Assembly (NCBI GenBank): GCA_038087875.1 | Contig: CM075990.1 | Coordinates: 3,908,001 to 3,972,000, forward strand | Direction: 5' to 3' | Source of the DNA: Malacoraja senta | Taxonomy: Eukaryota | DNA: 64,000 nt | In this document: positions 39,553 to 52,798 of the stretch, one piece after another | Layout of the letters: each line of letters begins with the position of its first letter | Numbering within the stretch: position 1 is the stretch's first letter | Program-made: the position numbers and the translations under genes | The notes under the pieces: model-generated | Databases searched by the model: none | What the model saw: only the letters and a program-made list of their open reading frames with translations | What the model was told of the DNA's origin: nothing

Positions 39553-40420
39553 TGAGGTTGAGTGAGTGGGCAGATGCGTGGCAGATGCAGTATAATATAG
39601 ATAAATGTGAGGTTATCCACTTTGGCGGCAAAAACAAGGTGGCAGATTATTATCTCAATGGGGTTAGGTTAGGTAAGGGGGAGGTGCAGCGAGACCTGGG
39701 CGTCCTTGTACACCGGTCACTGAAAGTTGGCTTACAGGTACAGCAGGCAGTGAAGAAAGCTAATGAAATGTTGGCCTTCATAACAAGAGGATTTTAGTAT
39801 AGGAGTAAAGAGGTTCTTCTGCAGTTGTATAGGGCTCTGGTGAGACCACATCTGGAGTATTGTGTACAGTTTTAGTCTCCTAATTTGAGGAAGGACATCC
39901 TTGTGATTGAGGCAGTGCAGCGTAGGTTCACGAGATTGATCCTTGGGATGGCGGGACTGTCATATGAGGAAAGATTGAAAAGACTAGGCTTGTATTCACT
40001 GGAGTTCAGAAGGATGAGGGGCGATCTTATAGAAACGTATACAATTATAAAAGGACTGGACAAGCTAGATGCAGGAAAAATGTTCCCAATGTTGGGCGAG
40101 TCCAGAATCAGGGGCCACAGTCTTAGAATAAAGGGGAGGTCATTTCAGACTGAGGTGAGAAAAAACTTCTTCACCCAGAGAGTTGTGAATTTATGGAATT
40201 CCCTGCCACAGAGGGCAGTGGAGGCCAAGTCACTGGATGGATTTAAGAGAGAGTTAGATAGAGCTCTAGGGGCTAGTGGAGTCAAGGGATATGGGGAGAA
40301 GGCAGGCATGGGTTATTGATAGGGGACGATCAGCCATGATCACAATGAATGGCGGTGCTGGCTCGAAGGGCCGAATGGCCTCCTCCTGCACCTATTTTCT
40401 ATGTTTCTATGTTTCTATGT
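39553..40420 (+). mobile_element. CR1 LINE 3' fragment
   Basis: WADAWQMQYNIDKCEVIH ... FFTQRVVNLWNSLP; (TTTCTATG)n tail. Confidence 0.9.
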
Positions 40421-42346
40421 TTCTATATATTTATACAGCATGGAAACAGGCCCTTCGGCCCAACTTGTCCATGTCGCCCAAAATGCCCCATCTATGTTAG
40501 TCCCACCTGCCTGCATTTGGCCCATATCTCTCTCAACCTTTCCTTTCCATGTACGTGTCATCTGGGAAGACAAGCACATTCACATCAGTGCGTAAGAAGA
40601 AGCAAACATTGACTCCATCATCAAATACCAGCCCTGATGGACTGGCCATGTTGTCAGGCTATCTGACATCATTCTCCCAGAATGAGCCCTCCACACTGTA
40701 CAATGGGCAGGGCAGCGGGCTGCCGTGGTTAGACGAGGTGCTACAGGGATAACATTACGATCAACCTCAAAAAGTGTTCACATCTCCCCCGTTAAGTGGG
40801 AGGACTTAGCACAGGCCAGAGCCACATCACTATTCACAAAGGAGCCACATATAATATGAAGAACATACATCATGGTGGTGCAGCGGCAGAGTTGCTGCCT
40901 TACAGCCATCCATGTACCTGTCCAAGTGTCTATTAGTGTAGGAAGGAACCGCACATGCTGGTTTAAACCAAGGATAGACACAAAATGCTGGAGTAACTCA
41001 GCAGGGCAGGCAGCATCTCTGGATAGAAAGAATGGGTGACGTTTCGGGTCAAGACCCTTCTTTGTTGTTACGTTCTGCTTTGTTGTTACCTTCTCCTAGC
41101 TAACAATCATCTATTCCACAGTTTCCTTGATCTCCACCCCCTATGTCTCATTTTCACACCTTACACATCCTTACCTGTAACTCCCTCTTCCCTGACTCAC
41201 TAGACCCGAAACGTCACCCATTCCTTCTATCCAGAGATGCTGCCTGTCCCACTGAGTTACTCCAGCATTTTGTGCCTATCAAGGTTCTATTAAATATTAT
41301 TATAATACCTGCCACAACTACCTCCTCCGGCAGCTCGTTCCATACACCCACCACCCTCTGAGTGAAAAAGTTGCCGCTCAGGAACCTATTAAATCTTTCC
41401 CCTCTCACCTTAAACCTTACACACATGGAGTAACATGCTCAAGAATATATGGTTGACAAAGTGACGTGAAATAGTATTTATAATATTCCACTCTGGGAAG
41501 GATCAGATTCTGTTATAGAGTCATAGAGTCATATTGTGTGGAAACAGGCCCTTCGGCCCAGCTTGCCCACGCTGACCAATATGTCCCATCTACACTAGTC
41601 GCACCTGTCTGCGTTTGACCCATTTCTAAACCTGTCCTGTCCATGTACCTGTCCAAATGTATTTTAAACGTTGTGGTAGTCCCGGCCTCAACTACCTCCT
41701 CAGGCAGCTCGTTCCATACACCCACCACACTTTGTGTAAAAAAGTTGCCCTTCAGGTTCCTATTAAGTCCTCCCCCCTCACTTTAAACCAATGTCCTCTG
41801 GTTCTTGAATGCCCTACTCTGGGTAAAAGACTCTGTGCATTTACCCTATCTATTCCCCTCATGATCCTGTACACCTCTATAAGATCACCCCTCATCCTCC
41901 TGCGCTCCAAGGAATAGAATCCTAGGCTGCCCAACCTCTCCCTCCGGCTCAGGAACCTCGAGTCCTGGCAACATCCTCGTAAATCTTCTCTGCACATTTT
42001 GCAGCTTTTATTCACGCGATTCCTGAAACAAAACGGTGTTTTGCAGTTGTATTTCTGGGCACAATCATTCAACTCTATTTGTAAACATAACCTCCATCGT
42101 TTCTTTTGCAATCGCCATTGAGAAATAGCCCCTCTGGCAATCCACCTGCTTCGACTTTGAAGAGTTGCTCTTTAACGTTGCTGTAACTTTTGGCTTTAAC
42201 GTTTGACATGAAAACTATTTTTCTGAACCGATCTCAAGCCGGATTTGCCGGGTGTAAATCTCGCACAGATTTGCCCGTGAAGTTTAATCCGAAATATAAA
42301 GCCCAAACGAAAGCGCTCCACACAACTAAATCCACACAATTCGCAG

Positions 42347-43006
42347 CAAGAGCGGAACTCGCTATCAAAACATGGAGGGGACGGGGGGGACACACTTTTT
42401 TGGCAGCCGCGCGCGCATGCGCACACTCACACACACGCGCGCGAGGCTTCGGAGGCTCAATCCAGCGCTAAATGCAGCTCAACTCTGCCTGTCTCACCGG
42501 GTTAACTACAGCCCTGCCTGGACTGATGGGACACCAGCGCTGCTTCTCCGCGCTGGCCATATTTCCCGCAAGCCCAGGCAGGTCCACCTGGCGGGACAGG
42601 CAGAGTTGAGCTGGGTTTAGCGCTGCTTCTCTGCGCTGGCTGTGGGCCTGGGGGCACAGCTCGCGTCTGACCCGACCTCTCTGGCCACCCGTGGGGGGGG
42701 GAGGCACTCGGGACAGCGCCGGAGACCTGGCCGGGATCGATCCTGCCTGCGGATGAGGCGCAGGTCTGTGCCACGTCTCCCTCCTCCAATCGCCGTGCTC
42801 TATCCTCAGTCCCACCCCCCACCACCCCCCCCATTCCTCCCTCCTCCTCCAATCATCGCGCCCTCGATCATCAGTCCCACCCCCACTGCCTCGCGGAAAG
42901 CGGAGATTTTAAAATACGGATCACAAAAACTTGGGGGGGATGTCCCCCACCACTCAAAAATGGGGGGGACGTGTCCCCTCTGGCCCCCCCGGGTTTTCCG
43001 CCCCTG
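42347..43006. mobile_element. hAT-type non-autonomous transposon
   Basis: Termini CAAGAGCGGAA / TTCCGCCCCTG; 8-bp TSD ATTCGCAG at 42339-42346 and 43007-43014; G-rich subterminal repeats; empty site at 44795-44802. Confidence 0.88.
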
Positions 43007-43112
43007 ATTCGCAGAATATCAGTCTCCGCAATACTCGTGAGGAAATTTGCTGAAAGTCTAACGGGGCTTCCACCAAATTCACACACTGGCTTTCTCAAGA
43101 AGGGGAGACAAA

Positions 43113-43231
43113 GAGTGCGTGTGTGTCTGTGTGTGTGTGTGTGTATCTGTGTGTGTCTGTATGTGTGTGTGTGTTTATCTGTATGTGTGTGTGTGTGTGT
43201 GTGTGTCTGTATATGTGTGTTTTTGTGTGTG

Positions 43232-43262
<31 letters not shown>

Positions 43263-43664
43263 GTGTGCCTGTGTGTGTGTGTGTGTGTTTATCTGTATGT
43301 GTGTGTGTGTGCGTGTGTCTATATATGTCTGTGTGTGTGTGTGTTTTTTGTGTGTGTGTCTGTGTGCGTGTGTGTGTGTGTGTTTGTGTGTGCGTGTGTG
43401 TATGTGTCTGTGTGTGTGTGTGTGTGTCTGTGTGTGTGTGTGTGTGTGTGTGTTTGTGTGTGCCTGTGTGTGTGTGTGTGTGTGGTTGTGTGTGTGTCTG
43501 TCTGTGTGTGTGTGTGTGTGTTTGTGTGTGTTTGTGTGTGCGTGTGTGTATGTGTCTGTGTGTGTGTGTGTGTGTCTGTGTGTGTGTGTGTGTGTGTGTG
43601 CGCGTGTGTGTGTTTGTGTGTGCCTGTGTGTGTGTGTGTGTGTTTGTGTGTGTGTCTGTCTGTG

Positions 43665-43699
<35 letters not shown>

Positions 43700-43741
43700 A
43701 TGTGTCTGTATGTGTGTGTGTGTGTCTGTGCGTGTGTGTGT

Positions 43742-43788
<47 letters not shown>

Positions 43789-44132
43789 AGTGTGTGTGTG
43801 TGTCAGTGTGTGTGAGTGCGTGTGTGTGTATGTGTGTGCATGTGTGTGACTGTGTCAGTGTGTGTGTGTGTGTGTCTGGGTCAGTGTGTGTGTGTGTGTG
43901 TGTGTGTGGGTCAGTGTGTGTGTGTGTCAGTGTGTGTGCGCGAGTGTGTGTGTGTGTCAGTGTGTGTGTCTGTATGTGTCAGTGTGTGTGTGTGTCAGTG
44001 TGTGTGCACGAGTGTGTGTGTGTGTCAGTGTGTGTGTGCGCGAGTGTGTGTGTGTGTGTGTGTGTCAGTGTGTGTGTCTGTATGTGTCAGTGTGTGTGTG
44101 TGTGTGTATGTCAGTGTGTGTGTGAGTGTGTG
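43113..44132. repeat. Interrupted (GT)n-rich simple repeat, ~1 kb
   Basis: Direct reading. Confidence 0.97.
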
Positions 44133-44908
44133 ATAGGGAAATAATGCAGAGTAGTCAAGAGTTTTTGAAGGGTTTACGAGATTATGAAGTTTATAAACCT
44201 CTGTCCAGATGTCACTTCAAACTTTCTAAACTTTCCCCGGCACTCTCTTTCCCCCACGTGTAATTACGGGTGTTTTCGAGAGAGAGTTGGATATAGTTCT
44301 TAGGGCTAAGCGGAATAAAGGGATATGGGGAGACAGCAGGATTTTGGATGATCAGCCATGATCATATTGAATGGCGGTGCTGGCTCGAAGGGCCCAAAGA
44401 ACATCGAGTCCTGGCAACATCCTCGTAAATCTTCTCTGCACACTTTGTAGCTTTTGTTCACCATTCCTGAAACAAAACGGTGTTTTGCAGTTGTGTTTCT
44501 GGGCACAATCATTCCACTTTGCTTGCTCTATTTGTAAACATAACCTCCATCGTTTCTTTTGCAATCGCCATTGAGAAATAGCCCCTCTGGCAATCCACCT
44601 GCTTCGACTTATAAGAGTTGCTCTTTAAACGTTGCTGCAACTTTTGGCTTTAACGTTTGATATGAATACTTTTTTTTAAACTAATCTCCTCATCGGGTTT
44701 GTCGGGCGTAGATTTCGCACCGATTTGCCCGTGAAGTTTAATCCTAAATATAAAGCCCAAACGAAATCGCTCCACACAACCAAAGCCACACACAATTCGC
44801 AGAATATCAGAGCAGTCTCCGGAATACTCGTGAGGAAATTTGCTGAAAGTCTAGGCTTCCACCAAATTCACACGCAGGCTTTCTCAAGAAGGGGAGTCGA
44901 AAGTTTCC

Positions 44909-45493
44909 GTGCGTGTGTGTCTGTGTCTGTGTGTGTCTGTATGTGTGTGTGTGTGTATATGTCTGTGTGTGTCTGTTTGTGCGTCTGTATGTGTGTGTGT
45001 CTGTGCGTGTCTGTATGTGTATGTGTGTGTGTGTGTCTGTATGTGTATGTGTCTGTGTGTGTGCGTCTGTGTCCGTGTGTGTGTGTGTATGTATCTGTGT
45101 GTGTGTGTGTGTGTGTGTGCGTTTGTGTGTGTATGTATCTGTGTGTGTGTATGTGTGTGTGTGTGTGTGTATGTGTGTGTCTGTGTGTATGTATCTGTGT
45201 GTGTGTGTGTATGTGTGTGTGTGTGTGTGTATGTGTGTGTCTGTGTGTATGTATCTGTGTGTGTGTATGTGTGTGTGTGTGTGTGTGTATCTGTGTGTGT
45301 GTGTGTGTCTGCGTGTCTGTATGTGTGTGTGTGTGTGTGTATCTGTGTGTGTGTGTGTGTCTGCGTGTCTGTATGTGTATGTGTGTGTATGTATCTGTGT
45401 GTGTGTGTGTGTGTGTCTGCGTGTCTGTATGCGTTTGTGTGTGTATGTATCTGTGTGTGTATGTATCTGTGTGTGTGTGTGTGTGTGTATGTA

Positions 45494-45528
<35 letters not shown>

Positions 45529-45752
45529 ATCTGTGTGTGTGTGTGTCTGCGTGTCTGTATGTGTATGTGTGTGTATGTATCTGTGTGTGTCTGTGTGTCT
45601 GTATGTGTGTGTGTGTGTCTGCGTGTCTGTATGTGTATGTGTGTGTATGTATCTGTGTGTGTCTGTGTGTGTGTGTGTGTCTGTGTGTGTGTGTATCTGT
45701 GTGTGTGTGTGTGTCTGCGTGTCTGTATGTGTATGTGTGTGTATGTATCTGT

Positions 45753-45805
<53 letters not shown>
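44909..45805. repeat. Interrupted (GT)n-rich simple repeat, ~0.9 kb
   Basis: Direct reading. Confidence 0.97.
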
Positions 45806-46439
45806 TAACAGGTAGCGGTTCGGGGAAATAATGCAACATCAAGAGTTTTTGAAGGGTTTACGAGTTTATGAAGTTTATAAACCTCTGTCCAGATGTCACT
45901 TCAAGCTTTCTAAACTTTCCCCGGCACTCTCTTTCCCCCACGTGTAAGTACAGGCGTTTTCAAGCTCTTAGGGCAAACGGAATAAAGGGATATGGGGAGA
46001 GAGCAGGATTTTGGATGATCAGCCATGATCATATTGAATGGCGGTGCTGGCTCGATGGGCCCAATGGCCTGCTCCTGCGCCTATTTTCTATGTTTCAGTT
46101 TCTACGAAAGGCTTGTGAAGGGCTCCCATGTGGAAAGGTGCGGGCTCAGACCCAGTGCATCTCATGTACGTACATTGCATCATCTGGCCAAGCCTGCACC
46201 CACCCCTCGGGTCCATCAATCACAACCTGCTCACAAGCTGGACTTTCCAAAAGCAGATGCGGGAGGGGTGGTGGGGATCAGGCTGATATAGCAGGAATAA
46301 TTAGCAAAGACCAAGGGGCGTGTGGAGCCGATAGGGCGTTGCAGTGGTGGTTGCTGAGCGCTGTGTGAGTCTCCTGTAAGTTACAGGCAATGATTGTCGT
46401 GGCGTGAAACTCACACTTCCCCAGTTGTCCCCTCGGGCG

Positions 46440-46597
46440 CTGGTCACGGTGTCGGTCACGTTCACTCTGCCTTATATAGCGGGGGCAGAGGTCCATCCTC
46501 TGGACCCAGGGGGCTATCCTCTCGCCACTGGAGGCGAGCAGACCAAGGCAACACCTCTGAAACTGGAACAGCGTCCTGCACTTCTCCAGCCGAGAGG
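46440..46597 (+). promoter_or_regulatory. MAT1A: Candidate MAT1A core promoter and 5' UTR
   Basis: TATATA at 46473-46478 in a GC-rich non-repeat context ~120 bp before the ATG; tandem GGTCACG just upstream. An acceptor-like cttctccag ending at 46589 leaves an upstream non-coding exon possible. Confidence 0.5.
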
Positions 46598-46694
46598 ATG
46601 AGTTGCCCGGTGAACGGCGTCCGCAGTCACCTCCTCCATGAGGAGGAAGGGAGTTTCATGTTCACCTCGGAGTCAGTGGGCGAGGGTCACCCCG
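46598..46694 (+). CDS. MAT1A: S-adenosylmethionine synthase (MAT1A-like) coding exon 1
   Basis: AGGATGA start; MSCPVNGVRSHLLHEEEGSFMFTSESVGEGHP; donor G|GTGAGT. FMFTSESVGEGHP is the MAT N-terminal signature. Confidence 0.92.
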
Positions 46695-49600
46695 GTGAGT
46701 TACACCTGTCGGAGGTTGCAAGCCTTCACCAGACTGCGGTTAACACGGGAGTCCGGATAACCCCACTCACACTGCAGAGTAGAGACAAGGAAGTCTTGGA
46801 TGTAGCAGTGACTCCGGGGCAGAACTTGTGGAGGAAGGAACTGCAGATGCTGGTTTACACCGAGGACAGACACCAGAAAAAAATGCTGGAGTAACTCAGC
46901 GGGGCAGGCAGCATCTCTGGAGAGAAGGAATGGGTGAGGTTTCGGGTCGAGACCCTTCTTCAGAGTCACCTCTCTGAGTTACTCCAGCATTTTGTGTCTA
47001 TCTGTTGCATTCCCACACGCAAGCCCTGTCGAGAAATGATTTGTGGGTTCAGACCCAGTTGTCCAGAAACTCTCTGATCGCACTAACTTCTCCTCTACAC
47101 CAACCAATCGCAGTTCCCCCGCAGTCTTCCCGTTAAAGAATCTACCATCCGTTCAACCCTCTCGTTGTCAGCCCAGCCATTCTCTCCGTTTCAATGGAGA
47201 GCGCTGGCTGCAAGGACCATAGAAGTGGAGGCAGACATGGTCTGTCTGAAGAAGGGTCTCGACCCGAACCGTCACCCATTCCTTCTCTCCACAGATGCTG
47301 CCTGTCCCGCTGAGTTACTCCAGCTGTTTGTGTCTATCTTCTATTGTCCCATCCTCGACTGACTCGGGCAATGAAGGAATAAAATGGCCAGTGTTCACTA
47401 ATCACACACCGCCAACAACACGACTGAGCAAGTGCATGCAGGCATTAAACCAACATCTGCAGTTCCTTCCTGCACAGATGTAATAGTGGCGTTTAAGAGG
47501 CTTTTGGAAAGGCACAAGGGAATGGATGGATGTGGGTTAATTGGCAGGCAGATAGGAGTTGGTTTTGGCATCAAGTTCGGCACAGACACTGTAATGTCAA
47601 GGACCTGAATCTGTGCTGTGCTATGCGAGGAAGGAAATGCAGATGCTGGTTTACACCGAAGATAGACACAAAATGCTGGGGTAACTCCGCGGGACAGGCA
47701 GCATCTCTGGAGAGAAGGGAATAGGTGATGATTCGGGACGAGATCCTTCTTCAGACAGAGAGTCAGGGGAAAGGGGAACAATTTAGATGTGGTACATAGG
47801 ACAACTGAATGAAAGATTTGCAAAATGCAACGATGACCAGGGAAATATGGAGCCCACAATGGTTCATTGTTGGCTGTGGGGTGGGTGATAACGAATTATA
47901 CTGGTTGCAAGAATTCAAAGATTTAGTTTAGTTTATTGTCACGTGTATCAAGGTGCAGTGAAAAACGTTTTGTTTCCTGCTATCCAGTCAGCGGAGAGAG
48001 TATACATGACCACAACGGAGCTTTTCTGTGTTTTATACTTTCAATTGTTCATAATTTTTATTTGTTTTCATAGTTTTTGAATGTTTTTGAAAGACGTTGG
48101 CTTTCTCCTCCATTCCATCTACAAAACACAGTGTAGAAACAAGGAACTGCAGTCGCCAGTTTACACAAAAGGACACAAAGTGCTGGAGGAACTCAGCGGG
48201 TCAAGCAGCATCTCTGGAGAACATGGACAGGTGACGTTTCGGATCGGGACCCTAGAGACCCAGCAAACTCCACACAGCCAGACGTTTCAAACCTTCTGAA
48301 GAAGGGTCCTGACCCGAAACATCACCTGTCCATGTCCATTACTCCAGCACTTGTGTCACTGAGAATTCAAGTGTCCATTTGTATTGCAAGCAGTAAGCTG
48401 GTCACAATGTGGCACGTCTGTGCAAGATAACCGGTAGAGAAAGGACTTGAGTTTCTTCGAGAGACTTGTAGCTACAGCACACATTGAGATACCTTCAATT
48501 ACACGGGATGTTGTGATCGCCACTGCTTGCACACGATGTGACCAAATAACTAAGCAAGAGAACCTTTCCTTTCAGGAGACCGACCAATTCAAAACCCAAT
48601 ACTTTTGTTTGTTGGCCTTCATTTCTCCTGCCCTCATGTTGCATCATGCATTCAATCAACAAAGACATAACGTGTCAGAGTAATTCAGCGGATCAGGAGA
48701 ACATGGATAGGCAACGTTTCAGGTCGAGACCCTTTCTTCAGACCGATTGTAGTAGTGTGGAGAAAAGTGGAAGAGAGGTTGGGGCGGGACAAAGCCTGGC
48801 AAGTGATCGGTTTGTTAGCCCTCACCTCTCTTCCAGCTTTCTCCCCTCCACACACACAATCGGTCTGAAGAAGGGCCCAGACCCAAACGTCATCTCCCCA
48901 TGTTCTCCAGAGATGCTGCTTCACCCACTGTGTCACTTCAGCACTCTGTGTCCGTTCATGTCCATAAAAGTGATAGGAGAAGAATTAGGCCATTCGGCCC
49001 ATCTTCACCATTCAATCATGGCTGATCTATCTCTCCCCCCTAATCCCATTCTCCTGCCTTCTCCCCATACCCCTGACACTCGTACTAATCAAGAATTTAT
49101 CTCTGCCTTAAGAATATCCATGGACTTGGCCTCCACGACCTTCTGTGGCAATGAAATCCACAGATTCACCACCCTCTGCCTAAAGAAATTCCTCCACATC
49201 TCCATTCTAAAGGAACGTCCTTTAATTCTGAGGCGATGGCCTCTGGTCCTAGACTCTCCCACTAGTGGAAACATCCTCTCCACATCCACTCTATCCATTC
49301 ATAAGGGAGGTAGATTGACCTCTAATGACAACGAGAGTGTTGACATCCCTTAACAAGTTTGGGATAAGATGGCATTCATAAAATAATTCAAGGCCAATTA
49401 TAATGCCAGGAGTAAAAGTTTCTTTGAATGCAGTTTGGTGGGTAGATAAAGGAAAGTTGGTGGATGGGATAAGTCGTTTTGCTAAGGTTCCACGATAAAA
49501 AGTGGATGCATAAAAATGAGCATTAGTAGGAGCGAAAGGCAAGCAACAAACAGCACAGGCTTTTACTGCAAGAGAACTCCTGAGACAGTATTGTGATTTT

Positions 49601-49945
49601 AGCTTTTCACAATTTATATTAGGAACAAATGAGAAGACAAAGGACATTATGTCAACGTTTAGTGTAGTTTAGAGATACAGCGAGGAAACAGGCCATTCGG
49701 CCCACCGAGTCCGTGCCAACTATTGATCACCCGTACACTAGTTCTAGTGTCTTCCCCTTCATCGAAACCCCTTGCACTAAACCACAACTTATTGTCCCTC
49801 TTCCCAATGGCTTCCTAATTCCTAACACCTCCAGTGTTAACCTTGTACCTATTGTACAGGTTTAGCTTAGTTTACTTTAGAAATACAAGCGTGGAAAATA
49901 GTCCCTTCGGCCCACCGAGTCCACGCCGTCCAATGATCACCCTTA

Positions 49946-50390
49946 AGGGCCTGTCCCACTTTGCGATTTTTTCCGTCGACTGCCGGCGTCATTGAGTGAA
50001 GTACCAGGTCGCCGAAAAACCGTCAAGATGTACGACAATTTACATCACAGTTGACGACAAGCTGCGACAATTTACGCCATCTGGCGTCACAGTTTTTCGG
50101 GACCTAGGACGATCACAACAGCGACAACATACCACATCCTGCGACCGCACAGATGTCAAACGACGACAACCGAGGTCAACACACGTCCACCCGTGCCATG
50201 ATACAGCAAGATACGACAGTATGTGACATCTGAAGACAACAGCAGACAAGTAGTGCCATTTTGATCCGTATCTTGAGCAGGCTCTGTTGCCGGTTGACGT
50301 ATGATGACGCAGGTTGTCGCAGAGGGAATTCGCTGAGGTCATGGCCTTGGTAAATCGTACGTCACCTGGCAGGAGACGACAGGCAACATC
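49946..50390. mobile_element. Partial MITE of the AGGGCCTGTCCCACT family
   Basis: TTA|AGGGCCTGTCCCACT left terminus and a CGAC-rich interior; right end not seen. Confidence 0.5.
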
Positions 50391-50439
50391 AAGCCACAGA
50401 AGGCTGTGGAGGCCAATTCAATGGATATTTTTAAGGCAG

Positions 50440-50475
<36 letters not shown>

Positions 50476-50663
50476 TCTTAATTAGTACGGGTGTCAGGGA
50501 TTATGGGGAAATGCCAGAAAAATGGGGTTAGGAGGGAAAGATAGATCAGCCATAATTGAATGGCGGAGTAGACTTGATGGGCTGAATGGCTTAATTCTGC
50601 TCCTTTCACCTTTGACCTTTTAACCTTGACCTTATGACCTGATGACAATGTTCTCTCCTTCAG

Positions 50664-50741
50664 ATAAAATCTGTGACCAGATCAGCGATGCGGTGCTGGA
50701 TGCCCACCTGCAACAAGACCCCGATGCCAAGGTGGCATGTG
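50664..50741 (+). CDS. MAT1A: MAT1A-like coding exon 2
   Basis: ctccttcag acceptor and GTGAGT donor; 78 nt; (D)[25 protein letters not shown]. Not in the ORF track. Confidence 0.95.
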
Positions 50742-52798
50742 GTGAGTGCCATAGAGCTACTCTTCATGGATGTAGCTCCATGATGTCCCGAGATACCTGA
50801 GAGACATCATAAGTTGATGGAGCAGTATTAGGCCATTCATCGAGTCTACTCCGCCATTCAATCATGGCTGCTCTATCTATCCCCCTCAACCCCATTCTCC
50901 TGCCTTCGCCCCATAACCCTGACACCCGTGCTAATCAAAGATCTGAGCTTTGTGATATGGATCTGACTTGGATGTGGGTTGATGGAGAGAGTAGCATTCT
51001 TGAGAATCTAGTCCCTGAAATGCCTTATCAATGTAATTTATAGTCCCTGCCTCAACTACCTCCTCTGGGAGCTCGTTCCACGCACCCACCACCCTTTGTG
51101 TGGAAAAAGTTGCCCCTCTGGAAGGTGGCACAGTGGCGCAGCAGTAGAGTTGCTCCCTCGCAGCGCCAAAGACCCAGGTTCAATCCTGACCACGGGTGCT
51201 GTCTGTATGGAGTTTGTACGTTCTCCCTGTGACCGCGTGGGTTTTCCCCAGGTGCTCCGGTTTCCTCCCACACTACAAAAGACATACAGGTTTGTAGGTT
51301 AATTGGCTTTGGGGAAACACTGTAAATTGTCCCTAGTATGTGTGTAGGATAATGCTAGTGCACGGGGCGTTTGCTGGTCGCTGCGGACTCGGTCGACCTG
51401 TTCCCACGCTGTATCTCGAAAGTCTAAAAAAAACTAAATCTATAGCAAACATGTCCTGCGAAACCTTCGTCATTAACTTCCCTTACAATCTCTTCCTGGT
51501 GATGACAAGTTTCTAGTTCAGAAAGCTTTCTACTCCCTGGGCAACTGTGAATTATTTGAACAATCCCCACTGTTTTCTAGCAGGTGGGACCAGTCCATTT
51601 GAAGCAGTGAGCACTAACAGTGTTGGCTGGGGCGAGATGTTTGCAACCCCCCCCCCCCCCTCCCTTCTAGAATTACGCACCCTTCCAAAAGCCTCGCTAT
51701 TTCATGAAGGAAGGACTGGATGAATTTCAGTCTGTAGAATCCAGGAACTGCAGATGCTGGTTTATCAAGGAAAAGACACAAATGCTGGAGTAACTCATCG
51801 GGTCAGGCAGCATCTTCTGGAGAACTTGGGCTTGTCAGGCAGAAGGGTCCCGGCTCGAAACGTCACCCATCCATGTTCTCCAGATACGCTGCCTGATCCG
51901 CTGAGTTACTCCAGCATTTTGTATCCTTATTTAGATTTTAGAGATACAGTGCATAATAAAATCCTTGGCTCACCGAGTCCACACACTAACACGATCACAC
52001 ACCAGGGACAATTTACAATTTACAGAAGCCAATTAGTCTACAAACCTGCACGTCTTTGGAGTGTGGGAGGAAACCGGAGCACCTGGAGAAAACCCACGCA
52101 GGTCACGGGGAGAATGTACAGAGTCTATACAGGCAGCACCCGTAGTCAGGATCGAACCCGGGTCTCTGGCGCTGTAAGGCAGTAGCTCTACCACTGTGCT
52201 GCTCCTGATGCTGCCTGACCCACTGAGTCTCTGCCTCTACCCTTGCCCCATGTTGTCCACTGAGCTCCATACCAACTCTGGACACTCACAATGGCGAGTG
52301 TTCCTGTCCCGGGAGTTTGCTCTCTGCTTCACAAGGAGCACAAGACACCAAATCACCCTCCAAGCTCGATGGTATTCGTGTAGGAAGGAACTGCAGATGC
52401 TGGTTTAAATCGAAGATGAGACACAAAATGCTGGAGTAACTCAGCGAGACAGGCAGCATCTCTGGAATGGGTGAAGTTTTTAAGTCTGAAGAAAGGTCTT
52501 TGGTGAAGAGGAATGTGATGTTTCGGGTCGAGACTCTTCTTTGGTCTGAAGAAGGGTCTCGACCCGATCCCAACTTCTTAACTCAATACCCTGCAGCGTA
52601 ACAGGCCTGTCAACACAATAGCACACAGATAACACATAGTAATCACAACTACAATGAATTAATAGCCATAAACGTCACCCATTCCTTCTCTCCAGAGATG
52701 CTGCTTGACCCGCTGAGTTACTCCAGCATTTTGTGTCTATCTGCGATTGTATTTGTGTCCTGTTTCTCCAACCTCCCCCCCCCCCCCCCCCCCTCCAG

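Larger units (their letters stand above)
41958..46064 (+). repeat. Local tandem duplication: unit A 41958-44396, unit B 44404-46064
   Basis: Both units share the same order: TCGAGTCCTGGCAACATCC, a unique ~380-bp block, a GT-rich array, the GGGAAATAATGCA block, then a CR1 tail. Confidence 0.9.

Noticed and set aside
42076..42210. Minus-strand ~44-codon ORF (MSNVKAKSYS...) followed by AATAAA in duplication unit A
   Set aside because: The copy in unit B lacks the ATG and has a 1-nt insertion; no recognisable homology.
42971..45842. ORFs of 200-370 aa rich in CV/HT repeats
   Set aside because: Translations of the GT-rich simple repeats.
46394..46894. 166-aa ORF covering MAT exon 1
   Set aside because: Only 46598-46694 is MAT-like; the rest is upstream and intronic read-through past a strong GTGAGT donor.
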